Shown one piece after another: positions 1 through 10,159 of a DNA stretch of 64,000 nucleotides. Within the stretch, counting starts at the first letter, position 1, and the number at the start of each line of letters is the position of its first letter. The stretch covers positions 10,989,480 through 11,053,479 of the forward strand of contig CM121342.1 in assembly GCA_051530055.1 (NCBI GenBank), in the 5' to 3' direction. A program made the position numbers and the translations under genes. The notes beneath the pieces were generated by a model, which saw only the letters and a program-made list of their open reading frames with translations, was not told the origin of the DNA and did not search any database. This DNA is from Neoechinorhynchus agilis. Its lineage: Eukaryota > Animalia > Acanthocephala.

Positions 1-896
1 CATTGGAAGTTTTGAGCGCATTCGGGTTAAACGAAATCTAATTAGAATTTTAGGAGAAAAAACTAAGATTTTTGTGAAAATCTATCTCTACACATTTAAG
101 AAACAAATGGCGACCACTATTCTTGCGATATTGTTTTGAAAAATGGAGCATTTACTTTTATGTAGTTTTTTATATCACTCGCATTCCATAAATATTTCAA
201 TAACTTTAATATTCCAACGTAAACTGCTCCTGCACTTCAAGTTCAGTAATAAACACGATTTGATTAAATCGTGAAATTGTTGCTGAATTGAACTCTGGAT
301 TTTTTTAATTATCTTAACTCTGAAACCGGCGATGACAAATCAAACTATAAGGATCATCTTTTATTTTGTTGGGTGGTATAGAGATTGGTTTATTGTGAAA
401 GGTTAATAATAAATCAATATCTACATCATCAAACAAAGTAAATCCATGAACAATTTTTTGTCTTGGATTATTATCTTCGGGGAAAAAGATACTTTCTTTT
501 GGTAGTTATACACACCCGGATTTAAATTCCTAGATTTATTGCCGGTATTTCGTCGTATAATTCCGACGATAACACTTGTGTGCTTGTATTTTAGATGATA
601 AACCTTGATAATGTCGGAATTATTTGACGAAATACCGGCCCAAGACATTAAGAAGCAGTATGGTAGTTGCTGGAACAATTTTTTGGAGTTCATTCAAGAA
701 AAGTCCTCATCGAAACACGATTTTGTTATATTATGAAACCATCGCAATATTTTAAATTAAAGAAAATATTTCAAGTAAAAAGAAGGTGAACACCCTAGAA
801 ATAATTACGTAGAAATATAAATTTTTGCTTTGTGTCGGCTAACCAAGAACGTGAGACACAAAATGTAATGATTTCGTTCGTGAGAATTACTGGATT

Positions 897-1573
897 TTGT
901 AAAGATGTTCATCATTTACTTTTTTAATTGGCAAGGGTCAGGTCGATGTTCATCAGGGCATTTAGATTTTGTTCCGATGGAATGAGCCTCAAAGATGAGC
1001 TGAATTGGATTTGTAGTAGCAGTTTAAAAGGGAGTGGATATCCAAAGAGATACATTGAAAAATGTAAGAAGGCAGCGCAATATGTTCCATCGATTAAAAA
1101 AAGCTATCAGCACGAAAAGAAGCACTTCATTAAGGCACAATTCATCAGTGGTCCATTGAACTCAAAAATGGAAGCTGTAATCAAAAAGATTGATATAACA
1201 AGAAGGGCAAGACTCTACAAACAGTATTTCGGCCGAAGAATGATTATGGTATTGCTGGATGTGTTTACAAGATCCCATGCTGCAACTGCAATCTAGCTCT
1301 TATGTGGGACAAACGAGCAATCTAAAAAGAAGGATTGCTGAGCACCTAAAAGCAACTTTTAGAAAGACTGAGTTTAGCAATAGTGTCCCATATTATGAGC
1401 AACGGGCACAATGTTAATTTTGATATTGTTCAGATTCGTGCGCGGGGTGGACAATGGAGACCATCATGATGCAAAAACGGTTACGTTTGTGGATTTTAGA
1501 TAGACTGAAGAAGGCCTACGCGAAGGCCGAAAATTATCAAATCAATTATTTGATAATTCGCTATAAACTAGTA
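897..1573 (+). mobile_element. 5'-truncated, decayed Penelope-like element (RT thumb/linker + GIY-YIG + 3' hammerhead)
   Basis: ORF 928-1296 (SGYPKRYI, KAQFIS) is followed by frameshifted GCVYKIPCCNC / SYVGQTSNLKRRIAEH. Hammerhead at 1501-1540. A 12-bp direct repeat AATTACTGGATT at 885-896 and 1574-1585 is a TSD candidate. Confidence 0.8.
1501..1540 (+). ncRNA. Minimal type I hammerhead ribozyme motif
   Basis: taga CTGAAGA a GGCC tacgcgaa GGCC GAAA AT T A tcaa: core boxes intact, 4-bp stem II, palindromic stem III AATT, stem I has one mismatch. Confidence 0.7.
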
Positions 1574-1705
1574 AATTACTGGATTGTTCAATTAAGAGGG
1601 ATCTTAATCGCTCGTCATTACCCACATCAGAGTACAAAGTGTCATCATAAACAAGGAAGAATGACTTTATTTTTGTGTTCTCACAGCTAACATCGGTTCA
1701 TTCGA

Positions 1706-2140
1706 ATGCTCCATCGATTGTCGGGTCACCTAATCAAGTTAGTGAGATTTTCAAGTAGGAGGGAACTTTCACTCGAGATTGACTCATCGGTTTTGAAGGT
1801 AATCTTTCATATTTTGATTTTCAATGAACGTCTTTTGTGTTTTCAGAGACTTCAGGAAATTAACGAAAGGAGTTTGAGAGTTGAACTTGTCGGTGGAGGC
1901 TGTTCCGGTCTTCAAGTTTGTTTCTCACTCGATTCGAACCTTTCGGGCGCTACTGACCAGACGTTTGAGCTTGATTCAAGCGGTCACCGAGTAATTGTCG
2001 ATATAGAAAGTCTGAAGGAGCTTAACGGTGCAAGACTCGAATACCAAGACGATCTTATAAAGTCAGGATTTCGCGTAGTTCATAACAAAAAGAAGCAAAC
2101 ATGTTCATGCGGATCTTCGTTTGTACCTTTAGGCGATTAG
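1706..2140 (+). CDS. ISCA2: Iron-sulfur cluster assembly protein 2 (A-type carrier), mitochondrial; in-frame 48-nt intron 1799-1846
   Basis: GGGCSGLQ and TCSCGSSF motifs; SLKELNGARLEYQDDLIKSGFRV; Arg/Ser-rich N-terminus; GTAATC...TTTTCAG intron. Confidence 0.9.
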   Translation: MLHRLSGHLIKLVRFSSRRELSLEIDSSVLKVIFHILIFNERLLCFQRLQEINERSLRVELVGGGCSGLQVCFSLDSNLSGATDQTFELDSSGHRVIVDIESLKELNGARLEYQDDLIKSGFRVVHNKKKQTCSCGSSFVPLGD

Positions 2141-2493
2141 CCACGAACAAGAGGCAACTGATCGAAGTTACCGAAGCTGCATCCAATGAACTCCATCGTC
2201 TACTTAGTCAACGGAACAGTTCGCCTTCGGCTGGGATGCGTTTGAGCCTTAAAAGACACGGGTGCTCAGGTGTAAGTTTTGAATTGAGTTACGCTTCCGG
2301 CAACACGAAACGTGATGAACTCGTTGAAGTTGCGAACGGTATCCGTTTATACATTGACCCAATGGCCATTATGAACGTGGCAGGCACTAGGATGGATTTT
2401 GTACACGATAAACTAGAACGGAAGTTCACTTTCAGCAACCCAAACGCTTCCCGAACTTGTGGATGCGGAGAAAGCTTTAAATTTGAAAAATGA
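2101..2493 (+). CDS. ISCA1: Iron-sulfur cluster assembly protein 1, mitochondrial; overlaps ISCA2 by 40 nt in another frame
   Basis: VTEAA, HGCSGVSF, GTRMDFVHDKL, FTFSNPN, TCGCGESF motifs; presequence-like MFMRIFVCTFRRLAT. Confidence 0.9.
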   Translation: MFMRIFVCTFRRLATNKRQLIEVTEAASNELHRLLSQRNSSPSAGMRLSLKRHGCSGVSFELSYASGNTKRDELVEVANGIRLYIDPMAIMNVAGTRMDFVHDKLERKFTFSNPNASRTCGCGESFKFEK

Positions 2494-2670
2494 AAACAAA
2501 GTAGCGAGTCGTGTGGTTTTGAGATCAGTTGACACTTTTGTTATTCGATTTGTTTTAACGACTTCCATTCTAAAGTGAGATCTTTTGCTGAAAAAAGAAA
2601 CACTAGTACACACTGTGTAGAAAACCAATTTTTAAACTTGGTTTTAACATCTTCTTTTTGAAGTTTTTGT

Positions 2671-4431
2671 TTAAATTTTTAGTTTATCGAAGAAAAGGTC
2701 GTTTCCATAGACTGAAGTCGTTCCTGAATTACACACAGGAACGCGTTCAAACACGCGTTCCGGTCGGTTTTGGAAATACAAGAACACACTGGTCCCTTTA
2801 CCATGAGTAGAAACGACCTTTATATCTCCACCGAGGTACCTAATGTACAGTCTTGACACAGGCAGTCCAAATCCGCCGCTCAACATTCCTAGAGTTGTCG
2901 ATCGGTGCGTTATTGGATGACGTTTGGTTGAATACGAATATCGGAACACTTGATCCAGTTCTCGAATTGGCATGCCAATACCCCGGTCAGATAAGTCTGG
3001 TGGGGCTCTCGTCTTCATGGAGTTCGTAATGATATCGACTAGAATATCCACTAATCTAAAAGTAATCGCCGTATCGGACCTATCTAATTATCCTTATAAA
3101 AAGAAATTAGCTTTTATATGGGACAAAACAATTTTTCAGTTGCACACATAAGTGAAGCTGTATGAGAAAGCTCTTTAATCTCTCAAAATTGAGATTGGGT
3201 TCGGTCATAAATTTTGAGATCGGATAGTACGGATGAAAAGACCAGGTTTAAAAATCAATGCTATTCGAATACCTCCAGTCTGTGGAAATTGAGACGAGAG
3301 TCATCAGCGTATGACGACCGTTAGATCATTTCGAGCAGGAATTACGTCCATACGGATTCGGAGTCGGGTGCCAAATTTAAGAATATCGCTTTCGACGAAC
3401 GACCTGGTTTCCTTTGGTGGAAATAACTGCATCTTTACAACGGCTTCCATCGCATTGGCCAAACATTCAGAAAATATTCTGTCTAAATGTTGATTTACAT
3501 ACGGAATTCGGACACTTTTAAGGTCCGTCTCGCTTGTACCACGTCCCAACCGCGGTTCAATAATCCTCACGTCAATCCTTAAAGATCGCAATATCATTTC
3601 CCTAGCACTAGGATCAATTTTTTCAGTAATGACGCTTTCAGACTCGGCTTTGCTTATCAATAAAGACTTTGTGTTCTCGAACGCCCGTTGAGCACTTTCT
3701 ATCACATCGTAATTAGCAGTCATTATAGGCAATATGCGGACTTTAACCCCCTGACTGCGATGAAGGAAATCATCGGGACCATGTTGGGTTTGTTGCGATT
3801 TGGAATAGAACGTACTCAAGAACATTTGAATCGGCAAGCGCATACTGATTCTTATTCCTAAGAATCTATCAGTGAAATATTGCATACAATTATCTTTGCC
3901 TTTATTATAGGGTTCGTCAGTACCAGCTCGAAGTTCACTGTAAGTGTCGCTCAGTGAATGGATTACATTTGCGTGTCGATTAATGAGCGTCTGAAGTGTT
4001 TCTGCAAACGACTCGACGACCATTCGTTTCCGTTCATCAGGAGAATAATCACTAAGTCCATGGACTTCATATTTAAGCAAGTCGCACATTGTCTGATCGT
4101 AGAGGCTTTTTATGTCCTTGAACCCTTTTGTACGTTTAAGAAAAGCTGGAACTACACTCATTTCTTTGATCATGTTAGACATTCTGACTGGTAGTTCACA
4201 TCGTAGGTGGTTGTATAAAGTTACCAAGTCCTTTTCTCGAGAAAATTCAAGCATATTGGCAATGGACATCGGTGTAGGGTTGAAGTTTGCATATTCGTTT
4301 AGTTTGTGTTCATATTCGACCGTTGCTGGAGATGGAGATGAAAATGTCAGTAGTGACCTAGATGCATGGACGTTCACTTTGAAAGAGCGAAATAATCTTC
4401 CACAATGAGCCGTAAAATACAATGCGGCCAT
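2671..4431 (-). CDS. PDK: Pyruvate dehydrogenase kinase (PDK/BCKDK family); proposed intron 3353-2997
   Basis: NPTPMSI..MLEF, ELPVRMSNM, FTDRF...RISMR, N-box ECLANAMEA, SDRGIG, YSYST, GGFGLPVSRLYIRYLGGD, GKGT. The canonical join GTATGG...CCACCAG gives RLRIHLSDRG. Confidence 0.88.
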
Positions 4432-4792
4432 TGTTTCAGTGTTCTTTATGTTGGCTACTCCGTGTTTTTCTCTCGTTTGAATCTATAAAAAGGACACAAG
4501 TGTTTAAACGACCACACAAAAAAATCAACCCAAGGCACGTAAAACACTCCTTTATGAGAAAGAGAACTTGTATCGAATGTCTCATTTGTGCTCTTTAAGC
4601 CACTCAAAATGGCGTATGTAGTGATGAATTCGTGCAGCACAAAGATTTACGCTTTCTTGAATTTCCGCACTTGTTACTGAGATTTATGTGTGTGCGCGCG
4701 CGTTTCTGAACAACGCCTTAAAGAAAGCGGATACCGACAATCGAACCTTCATTTTACCCATCAATGATTAGTCGTTTGAACATTGAATTGTC

Positions 4793-4900
4793 TTTTCCTA
4801 TCGGAGAAATTAAAATGATTTTTAAAATCCAATTGGTTTCGGCGAGGCACACACAAAATTGTACGAATTTAAAATCATTTTAATCTCTCCGATAGGAAAA
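4793..4900. repeat. Foldback/MITE-like element, same family as 26887-27055
   Basis: Arms TTTTCCTATCGGAGAAATTAAAATGATTTT / AAAATCATTTTAATCTCTCCGATAGGAAAA. Internal TTTCGGCGAGGCACAC is shared in reverse complement with ~26980-27010. Confidence 0.8.
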
Positions 4901-4929
4901 TAACCTGGGCCGTGTGCCCAAGCATTGAT

Positions 4930-5745
4930 ACTTAATAAAAAAAGGTACCGGCTGGCCAGTCTTCAAAAATAGACAACCATTAGTGATTATATTGTGCGTA
5001 TAGAAGAAGATCGATTATTGGACTTATGAACGGAAAATCGAGTATTCATCTTTTTTTCTTTTGAGAACGACTTCGTGATAACGACAGGAATCATTCCAAG
5101 CACACGATTGATCAACGACGACAACAACAAAAACCTGAAATGGATACGAGCTTCAGTGTTCGTCTAAAGCGCACTGATCCATTATATTTCAGAAAAAAGT
5201 GGCTCAAAATGCTCAATGTCTTGAACTTCATGGCGAATGGAACGGCACTCAGTGTTCCCCCGCAAAGATTTTTGACGCCTTTTTGTGTAAGCGCGCAAGC
5301 CCTACATTTCCACGCTAAAAAAACGAGTCGTCAGATATCAACGAGGTTCGATGACACCAAACGTAGGCACACGAAGTGGCGGCGCAGAGCAATCAGGAAA
5401 CACACAAAGGGGCAACGAAACGTAAAACACCAGAACGAGTTTGATTCTTCAATCTATGACACTACGCACATGTCATTGCACAGTTCTGACTTTCGGATAA
5501 TGCACTCTCTAGAGGGAGGTGACCGATGACTCTTTGCAAACAAACGAAATCGTTTGAAAGCCTTGCGTTATTGCCGGATTTTTATGAATGTGAAGAAAAG
5601 ATGGATTTACCTACGGCTATCCCGTCTTTTTGTAACCTATCCAAATCACAAATCCGTCGTCTTGAAACGTTAGTTGATTATTGAAAAATACATACAAACA
5701 ATTGACTGAAGAAGGCCATCGAAAAGGCCGAAAATTTTCAAGTTA
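4930..5745 (+). mobile_element. Highly decayed Penelope-like 3' end (GIY-YIG remnant + hammerhead)
   Basis: KTSRQISTRF and SSIYD..H..DFRIM resemble the PLE GIY-YIG C-terminus; the region ends in a hammerhead of the same type as 1501-1540. Boundaries approximate. Confidence 0.5.
5702..5741 (+). ncRNA. Minimal type I hammerhead ribozyme motif
   Basis: TTGA CTGAAGA a GGCC atcgaaaa GGCC GAAA AT T T TCAA: stem I TTGA/TCAA, stem II GGCC/GGCC, palindromic stem III AATT, predicted cleavage after 5737. Confidence 0.8.
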
Positions 5746-5809
5746 AATCTATTTTCTTAATCAAACATCGCTAATTGAAATTGAAACTATTTTCATAAAA
5801 CAATCAAAA

Positions 5810-6131
5810 TGCCTCAATCCCAATTTATTTCACACTCCTTTTTCAAAACTACCCAATCTTCTCGGAGAGGAAAGACCAACCTTATAAGCGCTCCTGCAAA
5901 CAATAAACATAAATTCCCACAAGAACGGACATCCCCAGACCGTAAATTCCCACCCGAACGGACATACCAAACAGTTGGAAAAACTTGCAAACAATAGACT
6001 GAAGAGGCAAGGAAAACCTTGCGAAATATTTCTAAAATAAATGAGTAACGAAAACACCGGGGACAGGATTCGCCAACGCACAATCAAACGGAATATCTGT
6101 GTGTTTAGGAGGACCCAAAGGTACATGGGTC
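5810..6131 (+). repeat. Dispersed repeat family X, copy 1 (carries a ~140-bp hammerhead-containing segment absent from copy 2)
   Basis: Shares CTCCTTTTTC, ATCTTCTCGGA, GAGGAAAGACCAACCTTA.AAGC, repeated GAACGGACATCCC and GAGGACCCAAAGGTA with 27790-28102. Confidence 0.75.
5995..6034 (+). ncRNA. Minimal type I hammerhead ribozyme motif (best preserved in window)
   Basis: TAGA CTGAAGA g GCAAGG aaaa CCTTGC GAAA TA T T TCTA: perfect 4-bp stem I, 6-bp stem II, palindromic stem III ATAT, followed by AATAAA. Confidence 0.85.
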
Positions 6132-6308
6132 TAATTTCTTAAACTCAAAAATCACTAAAACGTATTATTCTTATAAGAGTATACGTTCGCAACTGACGAT
6201 CCTTTACAAACTTTAGTTTTGTTCTTAGTTTTCACAGCGAGTGAAATCGATTTTTCAGAAACAAAATTCGTATAGTTTTTCAATGCTCGAAAATCCCAGT
6301 GCTGACCG

Positions 6309-6692
6309 AAGCATAAATAAACTTTGTTTTAGCTTTATTCGAAAATTCTCTTATGTCTTCTGGCAAGCCGCTTATCTTTTCGAATAAAGTGTTTTTTCGA
6401 ACATCTCTTACTCGGCTTTTTCTTTAAGGCACCAGGGAAGTGATTGAATCACTGAGACTAATACACACGATCGCCGATTACTCATAACCAAAAGGGGCGA
6501 AATACCATTCAATAGGGAGGAGGAAACTCACTGATGATTATGGCTGTTGTAAGATACCGCTTTGGCTCTGTGTGCCTTAAAGAATAAGCCGAGTAAGGAA
6601 CGTTCCAAAAACACTATTCGAAAAGATAAGCGGCTTGCCAGAATACATAAGAGAATTTTCGAATAAAACTAAAACAAAGTTTATTTATGCTT
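6309..6692. repeat. Foldback element with ~120-bp arms; spacer holds a SINE-body fragment (~6460-6560)
   Basis: AAGCATAAATAAACTTTG...GGCAAGCCGCTTATCTTTTCGAATA is mirrored at ~6570-6692. Confidence 0.85.
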
Positions 6693-6801
6693 TGTAACAA
6701 AAGAGCATTTCAACTCAAAAAGTGCACCCTCACAACCATCTTACAGAATAAGTCGTGTATTTTCCAACTCACAAGTGCGTGCTCCGTAAAGTGGATAACA
6801 A

Positions 6802-9166
6802 TCATTGTAGTCCTCGTCGCAGAGTCTCCATTTCCTTCCCTACAAGTTTAATTTTAATGGTACTTTGTCTTAGAGCTTCTTCGTCCTCATTTGCTTTCAC
6901 TTGATCCGTCTCAAACTCCCGTAATAACTGTTCAAGACCATCGAGATGTTCCTTAAGAGCTTGCTGACCGCCTGTCTTCAATCGAGCAACGATTTTATCT
7001 CGTTTCAATGACAACGTCTTCATTTCTCGTTGAAAATCTATTCGTCGGTTCGGATCTTGGACCATTTGAAGCGACCGTTCCAATTGAGCACTAGCATAGT
7101 TGATCAACTGCAGGCTTGAAGGTCTAACTACAATGTGAGGTGTATCAAGAACAAGCCATCTATGGAGTTGAGTGCTCTGAACACATAGTGGGTACCGGAG
7201 TCTCAAACTCACGTCTATCGTTGTAACGGTCTTGCGCCGAAGTAACATAGACAACGCTGAACACCGATATTGGGCACTGTTTTCGAGATTGGAGAGGGCA
7301 AGGGAAGCTGAGGCGTCAATGCGTTCGCTAAGGTTAAGGAAACCGTACCGGCTTATAAGCTCAAAAAGAATGTCTTTCCTTCGAGAAGACCGTCTACTTG
7401 GTCTGTAATCACCACGATCTATACTGAAAGTTAATTCAAAATCTGAATCGTCCATGATTTTCTGCCGAATAACTTGTGGTTTGTCCTTAGGAAACGGATA
7501 TGTTACCAAGGCTGGAGTTTGGAAAGAGAATTATTTAATAAAATTGACCCCTGTTGGGTATAGTACGGTATTATAAAAACCTTATACAAAAATGAACGCT
7601 TTCGGTCTTTAAATGTAGCTCCATCTACAGCCTCGAAAAAAAGTCCAAACGTCCAGCCATTTCTACTCGAATCATTTTCCCTATGGCATCAGCATTTACA
7701 GCGATTTTAATGATCAGACTATTGATATGGACATCAGCATCGTTCGCAATTTCCCGATCTTCATAGTGAAACCTGATCTTGTCATCTAAACTGCACATTT
7801 TGGCACTTTTGAACTTCGCTAATTCTCGCTTAGCATCTTCGAGCATTCTTGGATCATTGGTGCTCAAAGATGCGAGTTTAAGCTGTTGTTCAAGTTGAGA
7901 TTGGATCCCTTGTATTAATGTTGATGAATTAGCTAGAACCGAAGCGCCATCCTCGGTCCTGAGAGACGTGCTTCTCTTCAATTCAACCATATATTTTTTA
8001 GCTTCATCCATTTGACCACGGCGTTTCGCATCAATCGCCAAGCTTTTTAGTTTTTCAATGGATGTATTGGGTGATGTTTGAGTGATTGATGGAACAATGA
8101 ACGAAGCTGACTTCTTCGCAGGTCCTAGTGGTCTAAGAGATTTCAATGCTGCTTGCGTGGATGGTGGTGATGAAAGTGTAGAAGACGGTTTTGTCTGTTT
8201 AGGAGCAATCGGAAGAGGGCCAACGCCTATCTCGAAAATTAATATAAATATTTGAAAGCAATGGCGCTTACCAATCGCTTCAGGCAGACTTCCATAATTA
8301 AACGGTTTATTGTTCTTAAACGCTTCAATTGCCTGTTCGTATTGCTGTTTTGTGTACGTTTTAGAAAACACAAATATTGGTTATTGTTTTGAAGTACGCC
8401 ACAAACCTTTAAAACTCGTTGAAGACGCCTTTGTTTGCATCGATCTTCTCCACATGAAGCTAATTGCTTTTGAAAGGAAGCGTAAGACTCGCTTAATTTA
8501 GACAAAAGTAGTGACGAATTCCCTTTCGGTTCTTCGATTTTCTTAGTTTCCTCGACAGGTCTAACAGCACATACCGAAGGCAGAGGAGGAAGGGAATTCA
8601 AATCGACTTGATGACCAGACAGAACTTGCTTCTCTAAGTGTTCGATCGCGTTCAACTGCCGACCAAGTCTCTTTAGTCTCATTTGATCAGTTGTACATTC
8701 CGATATTGCTTTCTTATAAACATCCAGACGATCTCTAATCACTTTAAGATTAGTTTCATCGACCTCCACTTTAATATCATGTTCACATTCAACTCCTTTT
8801 ACGCCCTCGAGCGCATTTAGTTCGGCTATACCAGCGGTTCCCAGTTTTTTAAAGTTTCAAAAAGAATAAACGAAAATCCCGCATAATTGAGAACCGTTGA
8901 AACAAAAGATCCTCATCGTTCTCGTCCACGTCTGAAATATCGTCATCTTGTTTCAAATGCTCATTGACCAGTTTTTGTGGATCGATCACGATATGATCGT
9001 TGGAATCCGGCGTTTTTCGTCGTTGCACATTTTTAATAAGGTCTTCGGAATTTTGACCTTCAAGAGCGAGAAGCTCCCTCTCGAGTTCAGCTTCATCCAC
9101 GTCCCAAGTCGTGCCATGAGCAGATCCTGACAAAAGAGACTGCATTTGCGAGCAGAGGTCATCCAT
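6802..9166 (-). CDS. CC2D1: CC2D1/Lethal giant discs-like protein (DM14 repeats + C2 domain), about 5 exons
   Basis: DEAELERELLAL N-terminus; DM14-like RLDVYKKA...VDLNSLPPLP and QYEQAI...NYGSLP; C2 with TYPFP, FELI..GF, LRLRYPL, RWLVLD; canonical introns resolvable (e.g. AAG|GTTTGT..ACAG, G|GTAAGC..ATAG). Start codon tentative. Confidence 0.8.
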
Positions 9167-9887
9167 TTCTTTTGGAACATTCCCAAAAGCAGGAAACAAC
9201 TTAATGAATTTAGAAATGCGCCAAGGTTTCGCAGAGAGAGACAAGACTTACCGAAGAATTCTGTGGATCGCGGTTTTGAGACCGAGAATTCTTAAACGGA
9301 TCAGCAAGTTCCCTTTTGGAAGTCATCTTCAATGTGACACAAAAAAAATTAGCGCGAGAACCACAAGCAATCTAATCAAATATTATTTGGTTCAATCAAG
9401 ACGTTTTGAACAATGACACGCGATTAAATGCGGTATTCGGCTAAGACGACGACGATTTCAAGCCTTATTCTTAAGCCAAAAGTTTGTAAACACGCTATAA
9501 GACAGAAAGACTCTTGATTTTCAAGAATGTTTTGCGGCCATCGTCGTAAATCGGCTTAATAGATTAATTCAATCAAGTTTCATTGTGTCGTATTTGGCAC
9601 GGCATTCGCAGCGTGAATCTTAAACCGCACTCGGGAAGACGTCCAGCGGTAGGGGGGACGCTACCGGCGTTATGTTCACGACCTCGACCGGCACCGAGAT
9701 GGGTCGTGATTAATTGTAAGAGAAAAAGTTAATTTATTGAGAATAATTTCTAACTAAAGTTAAGAATATGATGAGGTTGATTTAATTGTAATTTATATTC
9801 GCTGTAACTTTTAAATATTTCGTAGCATGGTTTAGTTTTGACGTTAAAAAATCTCGAAATTTTAACAATTTTTTCCATCACAAAGCT

Positions 9888-10130
9888 TTGGCTGATTTAT
9901 TTTTAGGGCTGAGGGAGAGCTTCCATTTCGTGCCTTTCTGGATCGAAACGTTCGGTGCCCTCGGAGAATCTGCATTTCAGCTGGTTTCAGATATAGCAAA
10001 GAGATCGATGGTGATGAAAAGGGACCCACGTGCGACAACATTCCTTAAACAAAACATCTCCCTTGCAGTACAACGAGGGAATGCTGCCAGCGTGAGTAAA
10101 ATCGCGGCTCTACAGAACACAATCTTTTAA
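9888..10130 (+). mobile_element. CRE-clade RLE retrotransposon 3' fragment, tail-to-tail with the next element
   Basis: FVPFWIETFGALGESA...FLKQNISLAVQRGNAAS. Confidence 0.85.
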
Positions 10131-10159
10131 AAATTGGAGCATAAAAATTATTTTCAATT

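Noticed and set aside
421-693. 90-aa minus-strand ORF
   Set aside because: No recognisable motif or splice support; could be a chance ORF or part of a gene extending outside the window.
2081-2100. Programmed -1 frameshift (CAAAAAG) fusing ISCA2 to ISCA1
   Set aside because: Not a full X_XXY_YYZ heptamer, and shifting here would delete the ISCA2 CxC ligands.
8820-8900. Apparent phase mismatch at the first CC2D1 intron
   Set aside because: Resolved by a canonical 46-nt phase-1 intron (C|GTTTAT...GTATAG|CC).
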